From positions 1 to 64,000 of the IMG/VR virus record IMGVR_UViG_3300010885_011634: a stretch of 64,000 nt of DNA. One strand, 5' to 3'. The position numbers and the translations under genes were made by a program. The notes under the pieces were generated by a model, which was not told the DNA's origin, searched no databases, and saw only the letters and a list, made by a program, of their open reading frames with translations. This DNA comes from a virus. Positions 17,036 to 27,683 of this stretch are shown here, piece by piece (within the stretch, counting starts at the first letter, position 1; every line of letters starts with the position of its first letter).

Positions 17036-17898
17036 TTTAGTTCTCCTAATGTTTTTATAGCTGCGGTAAGAAAATTATTATAGTCATTTATATTGGTTTT
17101 GTCAAGTTTGCTTTCAAATTCTTGTGCAAGCGGATGACCAGCATACCAGTGAAATCCAATAACCCCAGGGGCGTAAATTAGGTCTAGCATGTCTTCTGTT
17201 GGTGTTGAAAACACTGCTGGGATTGAGTCCTCTTGAAGGGAATATACACACTTTGGTTCAATAAAATATACATTCATTTCTCTTCCAAAATCTTTTCTTA
17301 TCTTTACTTGACTGTGATAGTTATTATCAATTAGTAAGCTGCCAATACACTGATATTGTGTTTCGTCGTAGGCTTCCTTTGCCAGCTCACCTATTTTTCT
17401 ATAAAAAGGATTATTACCTGCCGACATTAAAAAACTGATTGCATGTTTGGATTTCTTAAAACAGCATAGAAACGCATCAATTGACTGTTGATACCCTTCC
17501 TCAACATTTTCAACTAAATTGTTCATTGGCTTAACATACAAAATATCAATATCTGACCATACCCCGCCTTCTGTAGACAATAAGCGCCAGCGTAGAAAAT
17601 CACTTTTGTGAACTTCGTGGGCGTCATTGTCAAAGTCTTCAGAAAAATCTTCCTTTACAATCTCAACGTCCAGAGCATGTAATTCGTCAAAATAGTCCTT
17701 GTCAATATTGGCTCTTTTTTGATGCATACTATGCCACGGTGGCGGTTTAGTAGTAAGTTTTACCGGAACATGGATTTTAATTTTCCAGTCCGGATTCAGT
17801 ATTCTAAACGACAGTACTGATAGATATCGTAAGAATGATAACTTTTTATTGCCCCAATAAAAATGCATAACTTTGGGAATTTTTGTTAGATACCACAT
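17032..17898 (-). CDS. GT32-like (DxD) glycosyltransferase
   Basis: IPKVMHFYWG, KSDFLRWRLLSTEGGVWSDID. Confidence 0.85.
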   Translation of the reverse strand: MWYLTKIPKVMHFYWGNKKLSFLRYLSVLSFRILNPDWKIKIHVPVKLTTKPPPWHSMHQKRANIDKDYFDELHALDVEIVKEDFSEDFDNDAHEVHKSDFLRWRLLSTEGGVWSDIDILYVKPMNNLVENVEEGYQQSIDAFLCCFKKSKHAISFLMSAGNNPFYRKIGELAKEAYDETQYQCIGSLLIDNNYHSQVKIRKDFGREMNVYFIEPKCVYSLQEDSIPAVFSTPTEDMLDLIYAPGVIGFHWYAGHPLAQEFESKLDKTNINDYNNFLTAAIKTLGELK

Positions 17899-18662
17899 AT
17901 TGTGTCCTTATTATTAGCTCTAAAAATGGGAGGATCAGACGCTTGCAATTTAGCAAGTAGTTGTCGATTGTCGACTGTTGCTGGAGGCGCCAGTGGGTTA
18001 TTATACAATTTAGGATGCCATTGATGTATAACATACGGTGCTTCAACAAACGTCACATTTAATTTTTTATTTTTAATTCTTTGTAAAAACTCGTCATCAT
18101 CATAACTATGACCAAGAGCAAATTCTTCATCAAACCCATTTAATTCGCATAGGTTTTTTCTAGTAATTGCTGAGGTAAAATGGTATCCTACCGGATGGTG
18201 TATACGATGATTAACCCATTTTGTTTTACTAGATTTTGTTCCACCCACATCTATTGTACCGCCCTGATGTAGAATTCTAACGTCACCTTTATTGCATGCC
18301 CAACAATGAAAAGTTAGATAATTGTCATTAGTTAATGCTTGATTCACATATGATATAACGTCTCCTTCGTGACAGCATTCCGGATTTTGAATAATGATTT
18401 TATCTCCAGAGCTTTCACGAAATCCTACATTATATGGTACACACGGATTGAACCAAGTTTTTGATCCACGGTCTGACATTTTAATTATTTTAATATTCAA
18501 CAATGGAAATTCATTAGGAATTGTATCTAAACTGTTTTCTAAGTTGCTAAAATCATCTACAATTATTACTTCAAAGTCTTTTTCTCGACTTTGCATAAAT
18601 GTTTTTAGAGTGTGTCTTAATAACTCTAATCGATTATAATATGCCATTACTATTGATATCAT
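17886..18662 (-). CDS. GT2 family glycosyltransferase
   Basis: ISIVMAYYNR, EVIIVDDFS, GFDEEF...YDDDEF, HQWH. Confidence 0.88.
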   Translation of the reverse strand: MISIVMAYYNRLELLRHTLKTFMQSREKDFEVIIVDDFSNLENSLDTIPNEFPLLNIKIIKMSDRGSKTWFNPCVPYNVGFRESSGDKIIIQNPECCHEGDVISYVNQALTNDNYLTFHCWACNKGDVRILHQGGTIDVGGTKSSKTKWVNHRIHHPVGYHFTSAITRKNLCELNGFDEEFALGHSYDDDEFLQRIKNKKLNVTFVEAPYVIHQWHPKLYNNPLAPPATVDNRQLLAKLQASDPPIFRANNKDTICGI

Positions 18663-19258
18663 GATAGTTTCAACTCAGCCATTATATATTTGTTTCGTTG
18701 ACTAATCACATTAACAATTTCCACACCTTCTTCTTGCTCGGGCATATTGGTCTTTTTATATATTACTCGTAAATCCATTACAACTCTTGTATTTGCATGT
18801 GAATGTTTTAATATTAAATCTTTATAAGTGTTTACAGGATAGTGAAACCCACAAGACACCCACGATGTGATTAGATCAAATTTAACATCTTCTGGAATGT
18901 TAATATTATTACAATCGATTAAATGATAATTTTTAGTACCTAATTTTTTTAATTCTGCGTCCACTTCTGATAATGGATGATAGAATAAAAAATCTTCAGC
19001 TGTCTTATTATATTTTCCAGTTGATGCTATAGGAGATTTGGAATCGTTATCTTTGGTATCACCGTCCAGTAACCACAATTCGGAATTATATTTTTCATTG
19101 AACATCCTCGATTCCCAAGCAAGTCCGCATCCAATGTCCAAAATCTTCAGTGGTGCGCTACCTAAAAACTTATCTAAAATTTCAAAGTTTTCTTTCTTGT
19201 AGCGTTGATATAATTCTGTATCCCAGAGTCCATCGTCGCCTATCCACTGTTTTGTCAT
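18659..19258 (-). CDS. class I SAM-dependent methyltransferase
   Basis: ILDIGCGLA, LLD, FDLITSWVSCGFHYP. Confidence 0.85.
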   Translation of the reverse strand: MTKQWIGDDGLWDTELYQRYKKENFEILDKFLGSAPLKILDIGCGLAWESRMFNEKYNSELWLLDGDTKDNDSKSPIASTGKYNKTAEDFLFYHPLSEVDAELKKLGTKNYHLIDCNNINIPEDVKFDLITSWVSCGFHYPVNTYKDLILKHSHANTRVVMDLRVIYKKTNMPEQEEGVEIVNVISQRNKYIMAELKLS

Positions 19259-19602
19259 TTACTAAATCCTACGCTATCTCGTTCAATATCTTCATGATCA
19301 AATTCTGCCCAATACAATTCAAATGCCACAGTATCTTCCAAGGCTTCAAATTGGTGGTATTCACCAGGAGCAACTTTAGTGTATTGACCTGCCGTTAAAA
19401 CTGTTTCGTCAACTAGATCATAGTTGTTTTTCCAAACACGAATAATAAGTTTTCCAGATTCAACAAAGAATCCGTTCCACTTAAATTGGTGCTTGTGCTT
19501 AGAACAGACGCCGCCCGCCCGGGCTTCGATACGGTGAAACTCTAATACACCGTTGGCTTCAAGGAGTTCTGTTTGACCCCACACTTTACCTGCTATCATC
19601 AT
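19255..19602 (-). CDS. cupin-domain protein (sugar isomerase/epimerase-like)
   Basis: KVWG, CSKHKH, PGEYHQF cupin motifs. Confidence 0.75.
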   Translation of the reverse strand: MMIAGKVWGQTELLEANGVLEFHRIEARAGGVCSKHKHQFKWNGFFVESGKLIIRVWKNNYDLVDETVLTAGQYTKVAPGEYHQFEALEDTVAFELYWAEFDHEDIERDSVGFSK

Positions 19603-19644
19603 GGTCCTTTATAATGTTATGCTTTTATAGCACACATATTTAAC

Positions 19645-20151
19645 TCAAACTATTTTGTCGAGTTGTAAAATTTCGCTCTGTCGAGATACCTCTTTAACAA
19701 AGTATACACACGGCGGATTTGGACCATCATGTAACGGCACTGTTAATAATTGCCCGTTTTTCATTTTAGGAAAATACCATTTTACATCCTGATAGATATT
19801 AATGATTTCAATAGGTAAAAAGTCACATTTGAATCCTTTGATAGGGTTAAATTCAAAAGCATCAAACCCACGCTCATTAATTGATGTTAGCGGTAATACT
19901 TCTGGATCTAATCCACAATCCTTATCACCTACTACCATACACCAATCTAATGGCATTTGAATTTCATATCCGCCAACTCGTAACAGTATTGCTGGACTAT
20001 TAAAAGACTCTAAGAAGATAAGTGGCATGAAAAAGAAATCTGGATCGTTTGGATTGCTGTTGTCTAGAACAGAAAATCTAGTATCCTCGTCTACTTCTTC
20101 AGGTAACTCGTTTAGATCAAACGAGGTGTTGTTTAATGTTAATATTCTCAT
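19645..20151 (-). CDS. hypothetical phage protein
   Basis: 168-aa ORF with ATGA overlap to the UvsW stop. Confidence 0.7.
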   Translation of the reverse strand: MRILTLNNTSFDLNELPEEVDEDTRFSVLDNSNPNDPDFFFMPLIFLESFNSPAILLRVGGYEIQMPLDWCMVVGDKDCGLDPEVLPLTSINERGFDAFEFNPIKGFKCDFLPIEIINIYQDVKWYFPKMKNGQLLTVPLHDGPNPPCVYFVKEVSRQSEILQLDKIV

Positions 20152-21602
20152 ATGTTTACCTTGGTTATTGTAAAGGGGTATTTCGCCTCCTTGTAATATT
20201 TTTTTCTTTCTGTCAAATGTCGCTTGGCATACTTACATGCTGATGTGATATCCCAAATTTCTACATGATCCTTATCTTCAGCTTTTCTAATACCGCGGCC
20301 AATACTTTGAATGACCCGCACAAACGATTTTCCTGGTTCAATGAGCACAAGATTAAAAATGCGGGGAATATTAATGCCAACAGCAGCAACACCATAGGTA
20401 GCAATAATAATCTTGCCATCGCTAGTTTTAATTTCGTCATATTCTTCTTTCCTGTCAGTTAATTTCATACCACCGCTGACAAACACAGCTTCCGGTATTA
20501 AATCAATAAGTTTATTTCCAGTGTCAATTCTGTTGATCAATACTAAGGTATTGCCGTTTTGACTAACTTCTTTGATCTTATTTGCAATCCAATCTAATCT
20601 ATTAGGATCAGTTACAAGGAATGAATATTCCTCAGGATAACTTCTAAACACTTGAACATCATTAGTTTGTAAAATATTAATGGACAGTTGCGCCAACACA
20701 TCTTTTTGCTGTAGATCGTATGCACTGACACGATTAATTACTGGCCCAATACTAGCTAGTATACCTTGAAATTCCCACGCTTCCTTAGGTATTGTTCCAG
20801 TTAATCCCCAACGTATCGGACAGTTCTTAAAATTTTGTGTAAGTAATTTTGTTAACACTTCTGCTTTAGCTTGATGCACTTCGTCAATAATTACTGCGTT
20901 AACCCCTTCACAAAACTCTGCAAGAGATAGCGTATCGTCGTCGTAACTTTTCTTATCTAAGACATTAAGACTTTGCCAAGTACATATTGTATGTGTACGA
21001 TTAAGCTCTTTACGATCACCAAAATACACACCAACATCTAATCCAAGGTTAACATAATCCTCTTCAGTTTGTACTACTAACGACTTATTAGGTACAATAA
21101 CCATTGTGCGGCCGTAAGGCTCACACAGATGACTAAGCGTAGCAGTAGTAATTGTTTTGCCTGCACCTGTTGCTACTTCCTGTAGACTTTGCGGATTCTC
21201 TAAAAACTTGTTTACTACATCAAATTGATAATCACGAAGTACAATAGGTGTGCCAGCTTCTGGATGACCTTTTGGCCATGTCTTGCCTTGATCGGCCCAA
21301 TAATTTTCTGTCACTGGAGTAAACGTAATATCTTGATGTTGTCTTAAATCTTCAACATCAATTTCGTATCCATCGTTTTCTATGATGGGTAATATGACAT
21401 CCAAGTGTGCAAGATAACCAGTACCACCAATGCTAAAATAAGTTTTAGTTCCATCCCATCTTCCAAGTTTATATGCAGGCATGTGCCGTGCGTAAGGTAA
21501 ATCAAATTTTAATTTGTTTACAATCTTACGCCGTGTTTCGACAGCGAGTCCTTCTAATTTAATGTTTACTTCGTCTCTAATTGTAAGTTTACAGCTCGAC
21601 AA
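20148..21602 (-). CDS. uvsW: SF2 DNA helicase (T4 UvsW-like)
   Basis: LRDYQ, ATGAGKT, IIDEVH, GLTGT, QSIGRGIR. Confidence 0.88.
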   Translation of the reverse strand: MSSCKLTIRDEVNIKLEGLAVETRRKIVNKLKFDLPYARHMPAYKLGRWDGTKTYFSIGGTGYLAHLDVILPIIENDGYEIDVEDLRQHQDITFTPVTENYWADQGKTWPKGHPEAGTPIVLRDYQFDVVNKFLENPQSLQEVATGAGKTITTATLSHLCEPYGRTMVIVPNKSLVVQTEEDYVNLGLDVGVYFGDRKELNRTHTICTWQSLNVLDKKSYDDDTLSLAEFCEGVNAVIIDEVHQAKAEVLTKLLTQNFKNCPIRWGLTGTIPKEAWEFQGILASIGPVINRVSAYDLQQKDVLAQLSINILQTNDVQVFRSYPEEYSFLVTDPNRLDWIANKIKEVSQNGNTLVLINRIDTGNKLIDLIPEAVFVSGGMKLTDRKEEYDEIKTSDGKIIIATYGVAAVGINIPRIFNLVLIEPGKSFVRVIQSIGRGIRKAEDKDHVEIWDITSACKYAKRHLTERKKYYKEAKYPFTITKVNI

Positions 21603-22770
21603 TTTTTTGTCCTCTTTGTTCTGATGGTTTTATATCCCCTAGATAAATCACGCAAGGATGACTACCAACCCAGTCTTTAGTTAACTGGTTAGTTGACGGA
21701 TATAAATTGTTGCTTACTAATAGTTTAACACTTTCTTGCTCTTTGAACAACCACTTTGCCGGCTTAAATTCAAAAATTAAAATCCTTCCAGTTTCAACTT
21801 TGCCGCCAACACCGTTAACCTTAATCCATTCGTTTATACCAGTATTTTGTTCTTTAGAATCTCTAAAACATACTTTAATTTCGTTGCGATCAATGCCGGC
21901 CGCATCAGCATCATTAATGAATTGAGTTAGCCAATCTAGAGTATTACTTGTACGATCTAGCACAATACAAACACGGCCAGTAATACTGTTACATAGGCTC
22001 AAAAAGTCTGCATTGTTTTTAATCCAAAAACTATTTGAATCAGATGCAGCAATTTTTTCTATCATAGTGCGTGGCTTGCTAGAATACAGATATCCCATAC
22101 TTTTCGCCAACAACAAATCATTATCTATCAGCCCCGATGAATGAGTTTTGAACCAGTCATCTGTCTCTGTACTGCTGTTGCCTAAAACTACCCAATTGGC
22201 TACAACACTACTAAATGGTAATACCTCTTCTTGATTCTGCCAAATTTCTTCAACTTCTGCCAATGCAATCATAAAAGTGTCATCAATCTCAAAGTTATGT
22301 TTTAATGCAAATTCGTATAATTGAACTAAGTTAGCATCGTAGACTGACAGTTGACGTAACTTTCTTTCAGGATCCCACGACGACATTAGATGTTGTTTAT
22401 CTTCAAACTCGTCATCAAACTCTCGTTTTAGTTGATATGGAAATTTAACACATACCCATATAGATCCGTTAGATTCTTTTTCAACAAATATCTTTTTAGA
22501 TAGATCTAATATTCTAAAGGGAGTTTTCCATTGCGGATTATCTAATACGTGCTGATAATCAAAACTAGATTTCAGCATCAGTACTCTGTATTTGGCCAGC
22601 AGTTTTAATATAAAATTAGCTTGATTTTGAGTAAGTTCTTTACCTTGTAGGATAACAGAATAGAAGCTAGATGCAGCTGACAAGTCTTGAGCTTGCAGGG
22701 GCACTTCGTCTAGCATAACTAGATCATAAAATTTAATAAAGGTATCTTCTACAAAGTCTGATGATAGCAT
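21589..22770 (-). CDS. hypothetical protein
   Basis: 393-aa ORF heading the uvsW operon; no recognised catalytic motif. Confidence 0.75.
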   Translation of the reverse strand: MLSSDFVEDTFIKFYDLVMLDEVPLQAQDLSAASSFYSVILQGKELTQNQANFILKLLAKYRVLMLKSSFDYQHVLDNPQWKTPFRILDLSKKIFVEKESNGSIWVCVKFPYQLKREFDDEFEDKQHLMSSWDPERKLRQLSVYDANLVQLYEFALKHNFEIDDTFMIALAEVEEIWQNQEEVLPFSSVVANWVVLGNSSTETDDWFKTHSSGLIDNDLLLAKSMGYLYSSKPRTMIEKIAASDSNSFWIKNNADFLSLCNSITGRVCIVLDRTSNTLDWLTQFINDADAAGIDRNEIKVCFRDSKEQNTGINEWIKVNGVGGKVETGRILIFEFKPAKWLFKEQESVKLLVSNNLYPSTNQLTKDWVGSHPCVIYLGDIKPSEQRGQKIVEL

Positions 22771-22776
22771 TAGTTC

Positions 22777-22805
22777 AGTATACTACCTTAACAAGTGGTT
22801 GTCAA
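22777..22805 (-). promoter_or_regulatory. sigma70-type promoter
   Basis: Minus strand TTGACA-17 nt-TATACT-6 nt-ATG(22770). Confidence 0.8.
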
Positions 22806-22808
22806 CGA

Positions 22809-23624
22809 TTATTTGAAATTAAGTCGTTGTAATGGAATACCTTGTGCAATTTCTTCTACAGTCCATTCTGTGTGACATAATTTTAGAAACCATTCCTGTC
22901 TATCAGGTAACGCAATGTTTTCAATATTTTCAAATTTATCACTAACAGGATAGGCTAAACTACTACTGTCACATATTATTGGAACTCCGGCAATTGCCGC
23001 TTGTACCGCAGGACCGCTGTTGTGATTCACCACACAATGATAGTTATAATTGATATCAAAATCATCGTAGCTGTTGGGTATCTGTTTTGGAAGTTCTACT
23101 ATCACCCCTGGAATGTTCACCGTAATTACCGATCTAGGATGCGGCCTAAACACTATATTACGATCGCTATACTTACGAATATTAGCAACTGATTCTTCAA
23201 CCCACTTATTCATTGCAGGTTGATCAATCCACTGTTGACTGGCTTTATGCTGTCCTGCAATTAAAATATTATCTTGTCTAGATTCTTGTACAGGCTGTAA
23301 CGATACTTTTAATTTGTTAGGTCTTTCTAAATCTAATTCGGATTGATTTCCAAACTCTCCAAGACCATTTATGTGGTTAAGACTAATTCTCCATGTCTTG
23401 CCCCTATGAAGATTCCCAACCTCAATGATCACAATTGGCTTACCTGATTGATAAACTTGTTGATTACGGGCCATACGTCCTTGCCAAAGCACTGACCATA
23501 TAACTGCTACATCTTCATTACGAGTTACTATTTCGTGTCCAAGAGATCTCAGTCCTTTTTCAAAGGCATCAAAGACAGGTGGGCTATTCAAAGCACCATA
23601 TTCGCGATATAATCTGAAGCGCAT
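22809..23624 (-). CDS. putative GT-B glycosyltransferase, capsule-synthesis (KpsS/KpsC-like) paralog 1
   Basis: FRPHPR, HNSGPAVQAAIAGVP, EWTVEEIAQG. Confidence 0.6.
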   Translation of the reverse strand: MRFRLYREYGALNSPPVFDAFEKGLRSLGHEIVTRNEDVAVIWSVLWQGRMARNQQVYQSGKPIVIIEVGNLHRGKTWRISLNHINGLGEFGNQSELDLERPNKLKVSLQPVQESRQDNILIAGQHKASQQWIDQPAMNKWVEESVANIRKYSDRNIVFRPHPRSVITVNIPGVIVELPKQIPNSYDDFDINYNYHCVVNHNSGPAVQAAIAGVPIICDSSSLAYPVSDKFENIENIALPDRQEWFLKLCHTEWTVEEIAQGIPLQRLNFK

Positions 23625-23660
23625 AATAAGTTATAAATATCAGAGTATTTAATGATTATT

Positions 23661-24059
23661 ATGGCCAAGTTTCAAAAAAGATTACGAAAATTAGTTACAC
23701 CTCAATCAAACGCTGTTGTAATAGGCCAAGGGTTTGGATACCTACTGGACATTGCAGAACTATTTGATACTGTGTTTGTATTTTCCTGGGACCTGCCTAA
23801 AATTAAAAATAAAAATTTAGTTTATAGAGAAAACTTTGCCGATCTTAATCCGTTAAGCGAAATATCTACAGTATTCATAGACTTAGATCAAATACAACAT
23901 TTGCAGGCTTTATTGCCGGTATGGCTTAAGTGGAAGTCGGTTATACTAATTGAAGGTAACGATGTTATTGGTCGCGAACATTCAAAACCGCTTTACGATA
24001 ATCATTATAGGGCAGTAGAACAGCAAGGCACACATCATATATGGAAATTAAAACAATGA
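23661..24059 (+). CDS. hypothetical protein
   Basis: ORF after TATAAATA (23632-23639); start at 23652 or 23661. Confidence 0.65.
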   Translation: MAKFQKRLRKLVTPQSNAVVIGQGFGYLLDIAELFDTVFVFSWDLPKIKNKNLVYRENFADLNPLSEISTVFIDLDQIQHLQALLPVWLKWKSVILIEGNDVIGREHSKPLYDNHYRAVEQQGTHHIWKLKQ

Positions 24060-24898
24060 AAATATCAGTGGTAACTACATTTCATCAGGCAGGATACGAT
24101 CAATACGGTAAGCGTATGATAGAAACTTTTATAAAGAATTGGCCAACTGATGTAACATTATATGTGTATGCTGAAGATTGTAATGTAATCGAAACTGCTC
24201 CAAATCTCATTGTAAAAGATTTGCATCAGGCAAGCCCCGCATTAGTTGCATTCAAAGAACGTTGGAAAAATGTTCCAAAAGCAAATGGTGATGTGTCAGC
24301 TGATCCAGTTCGATCTAAAAGAAAAGATGCAGGCAAAGGATTCAAATGGCATGCTATTCGATTTGCTCACAAAGTATATTCGATCTTTGCTTGTGCATCA
24401 GAATGTAATAGTGATGTGCTAGTATGGATGGATGCTGATACTATCTGCCACAGTCCAATTACCATGCAAGATATAGAACGATTAATTCCTCAAAATGTAG
24501 ATTTATGTTATCTTGGAAGAAATGGCAAATATTCAGAATGCGGGTTATATGCAATGAATTTGAAATCACAATCTACATTAAATTTCTTAAAAGAATTTCA
24601 AAGAGTATACGATGATGCTGAACGTGGAATTTTTACATTAGATGAATGGCACGACAGTTACGTATTTGACGCTGTACGAGTTCGAATCTCTGACCTGCAT
24701 CAATTAAATTGGAGTGCAGGCCTACGAGACCTACGACCACACGCTGGCAATTCTGCAGGTGAAGGACATCCGTTAATCAACAGCGAATGGGGTGCGTGGT
24801 TAGATCATCTTAAGGGCGGAAGGAAAAGTCTAGGCAGAAGTAAACGGGAAGATCTTAAAGTTCCAAGAACAGAACCTTATTGGCAACAGTTTCGTTAA
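24056..24898 (+). CDS. putative GT-A glycosyltransferase
   Basis: RFAHKVY, VWMDADT (DxD), EWHDSYVFD, DHLKG. Confidence 0.7.
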   Translation: MKISVVTTFHQAGYDQYGKRMIETFIKNWPTDVTLYVYAEDCNVIETAPNLIVKDLHQASPALVAFKERWKNVPKANGDVSADPVRSKRKDAGKGFKWHAIRFAHKVYSIFACASECNSDVLVWMDADTICHSPITMQDIERLIPQNVDLCYLGRNGKYSECGLYAMNLKSQSTLNFLKEFQRVYDDAERGIFTLDEWHDSYVFDAVRVRISDLHQLNWSAGLRDLRPHAGNSAGEGHPLINSEWGAWLDHLKGGRKSLGRSKREDLKVPRTEPYWQQFR

Positions 24899-25818
24899 AT
24901 GTAACGCTTAAAGAATTGCCATGCTTCGCCTGAACGCAATTCACCAAAGTCCCAATGGCACATAGATAGCCTCTCAATCCAGCCTTGTCTTTCAGGCATA
25001 TCTGGATTTTCTAATTTACTTAGATCTGTATTTGCAACACCAAACGTTTGGCTATGTTGAGGTTGTGGATCTGTAAGGAATGCTGGAATGCCTTCAATTA
25101 AACTAGCAACACTAGGACTACTATTGTACACTACAGTTGCCCATGCATTTTGAAAATCATCAACTAATCTTTCTTTTGTACTTAACGACACATTTTGATG
25201 ATTAATTTTTAATATTTGTTTTATTTTTTTATCACCAGGATGTGCTCTTACAACAATATGCCTGTTGGAATATTGTCTAATTTTATGAATGGTTTGATTC
25301 ATCCAATCAACAGAATTAAGGCCGCGCATACTCCATCCGCCGTTGCGTTGTAAACAAATAAGAATATGGCTGCCTGTTGTGCGATACGGCTTAAGGCTTA
25401 TTCCTAAATTCCTACTAATTTTCTCCCATCTAGCGGGATCAATATCTTTATCAAAATAAAACCCAGTTGTAGGAAAAACACCATCAAAACTATATCTAAG
25501 ATATCTGCGAGTATTTCCAGGGTCTGCATACAAAAATAAATTGCTATCAACAATTAATGATCTTTTGCTGTTGTGTTTTTGTAAATTTACAGCATCTTGT
25601 CTAAGTTGTAAATGCGGCATTGTTTTGCCATGCTCATGTACAAACCCTTGTATTAATGCCACGTCACATGGAATAGCATTCATGCCTCGATGAGCGATTG
25701 CAGTGTCGCCTGACAGGTGTACACCTTGTAAGAAATTATCTAAGATAAGAGGCTTTTCTAGATTATTGTTACCAGGAGGAATGCCACCATAATATGCGAC
25801 TGCTATAAGGTTAGACAT
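24895..25818 (-). CDS. GT-B capsule-synthesis-like paralog 2
   Basis: VRAHPGD, YNSSPSVASLIEGIPA, W...ELRSGEAW. Confidence 0.6.
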   Translation of the reverse strand: MSNLIAVAYYGGIPPGNNNLEKPLILDNFLQGVHLSGDTAIAHRGMNAIPCDVALIQGFVHEHGKTMPHLQLRQDAVNLQKHNSKRSLIVDSNLFLYADPGNTRRYLRYSFDGVFPTTGFYFDKDIDPARWEKISRNLGISLKPYRTTGSHILICLQRNGGWSMRGLNSVDWMNQTIHKIRQYSNRHIVVRAHPGDKKIKQILKINHQNVSLSTKERLVDDFQNAWATVVYNSSPSVASLIEGIPAFLTDPQPQHSQTFGVANTDLSKLENPDMPERQGWIERLSMCHWDFGELRSGEAWQFFKRYI

Positions 25819-26908
25819 GATATTTTCTTATAATTTCTACTGCGGTGCCGTCAATTAATTCATCATAGGTAAATTGGCTATAACTTAATACCGCTAACCA
25901 ACTGGCTAAACTTCCTGTATATAAGTTATTCACATCGGCTAACTTATTACGAGTAACTGAATTGCTAACATGTTTATCTAACGTAATAGCAGGGACACCT
26001 GCCCATATAGATTCAGTGGCTGAATTAGAATTAATACTAACTGTACAATAATAATCTTCGTCACGCAAATGTTGATATAAATTTGCTCTTGTTTTTTTAT
26101 TAGTCTTTTCTCTAAACACAATCTTCTTGTCTGTGTATTTTCTTAATTCAGCTTCTACATCGTATTTCCATTTTGCTATATCTACATGGAATATGCCAGC
26201 AGCAAACTGTCCTGGTTCTATAACAAGGATACGATCACCACCTTCTCGCCATGGCCGAGGGAACGATCTAAATACACCTAACCGATCAACAGGAGCATCA
26301 AACATCTTGTTACTGTGTAAGTGATTTCTAACTAGTCTATGCCATTTTTTGTTTGGTTCAATAAAATTAGTATACCCGCTGTCGATAAACCAAAACGGCT
26401 GATTCTGATCAATTTTTGATACTAACAGCCCTTCATTGCCAACTGTATTTCTTAATAAACAATCTTCAGTTACACTATTGAAATTCTTTCGACGAATTAA
26501 GGTAGCTGTTGGGTCTATGTGTAATCCTACACTTTTTACAAAATAATCTTCATTGATATTTTTATATAAATTTAGGATTTTTTCCTCGCCAATTTTATTA
26601 ATAAAATATTCAATGTGAGTCCTAAGATGTTTTCGATAATAGGCTTTTCTTGTGTTCAATAATGTTTTTATTTCTAAAGTGTATGTACGAAGATCTTCCT
26701 CAATCGCTTTGATTAATCGTGCCTTAAATTTAATCTTATGCTTTGGAATATTCTTTTGGAATTTTTTATCATCAGCTTTACTGATCCACCAATTAACTAC
26801 TTCAGTTGTGTGCGTTTCTCTGAAGACAATGTTATTACATACTTCGTGGTGGTCTATTAGACTGTATAAAAAATGCGCGATTTCTTTATCGTTTAGTAAA
26901 AGTTTCAT
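25811..26908 (-). CDS. GT-B capsule-synthesis-like paralog 3, with N-terminal extension
   Basis: FWFIDSGY, WHRLVRN, INSNSATESIWAGVPA, QFTYDELIDG. Confidence 0.6.
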   Translation of the reverse strand: MKLLLNDKEIAHFLYSLIDHHEVCNNIVFRETHTTEVVNWWISKADDKKFQKNIPKHKIKFKARLIKAIEEDLRTYTLEIKTLLNTRKAYYRKHLRTHIEYFINKIGEEKILNLYKNINEDYFVKSVGLHIDPTATLIRRKNFNSVTEDCLLRNTVGNEGLLVSKIDQNQPFWFIDSGYTNFIEPNKKWHRLVRNHLHSNKMFDAPVDRLGVFRSFPRPWREGGDRILVIEPGQFAAGIFHVDIAKWKYDVEAELRKYTDKKIVFREKTNKKTRANLYQHLRDEDYYCTVSINSNSATESIWAGVPAITLDKHVSNSVTRNKLADVNNLYTGSLASWLAVLSYSQFTYDELIDGTAVEIIRKYHV

Positions 26909-26909
26909 G

Positions 26910-27683
26910 TTAATATCTTTGAGAGATTTCCCAAGCAGTTCCGTTTAATATTTCTTCTATAGTAAATTGTCCGTATGCAAGATTGCGACACTGTTTTTCA
27001 ATAGTTTCTAAATCTGGTTTGAACGGATTAGATAATTGTGATAGGTCAGTACTTGCTAACGGCGTTGCTGCGCAAGGAACTGAAACAAATGCCGGAACTC
27101 CATACAAAACTGATTCTACAGCCGCAATACTGTTAAAAGCAACAGTAGCATGTACTCCGCTATCAAAGGCATCATAAATTGTGTAGCCTTGATTGCGTTC
27201 ACTCCGTGCTCCTTTGACTCGCACCTCAATAGGTAAATTACTGTATTTTTTTATTTCAGCGGTTGTAGTAGATACCCATGTGTCATAATCGTGCCCATAA
27301 TATCTACAGGCTTTTGGATTAGGCAATACTAATAAAATCTTTTTATTATAATTCTTCCACCCTGTCCATTTTAGTCTAGGATCTTGTTTGAGTAAGTTAT
27401 TCCAACGATCTGCTGGAACATCTCTAATAACGTCATGTTGATTTGCATTTTTTACAACACGATGCCAAATCTTTTTTCCACTAGAATTGCCAACACTTGG
27501 AAAATTGCCTAGGTATCCAGTATCGATATAATAAAAATCTCTATTAGCTTCGATGCATCTCTGAACATGATCTTTTTTAATCACACCTCTGACTACTAAA
27601 GGTTTAGTAACTTCGGCAGGCTCACCTGTACAGGCATTCTTAGATCCAACAACTAGGGATTCTTCTAACGATAATTCTTTCAT
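26910..27683 (-). CDS. GT-B capsule-synthesis-like paralog 4
   Basis: FYYIDTGYLGN, WHRVVKN, FNSIAAVESVLYGVPA, QFTIEEILNG. Confidence 0.6.
   Translation of the reverse strand: MKELSLEESLVVGSKNACTGEPAEVTKPLVVRGVIKKDHVQRCIEANRDFYYIDTGYLGNFPSVGNSSGKKIWHRVVKNANQHDVIRDVPADRWNNLLKQDPRLKWTGWKNYNKKILLVLPNPKACRYYGHDYDTWVSTTTAEIKKYSNLPIEVRVKGARSERNQGYTIYDAFDSGVHATVAFNSIAAVESVLYGVPAFVSVPCAATPLASTDLSQLSNPFKPDLETIEKQCRNLAYGQFTIEEILNGTAWEISQRY

Noticed and set aside
19645-20151. Possible stand-alone Hint/intein-like domain downstream of uvsW
   Set aside because: Beta-rich character is only suggestive; no N-terminal Cys/Ser nucleophile or C-terminal HN, so it is left as hypothetical
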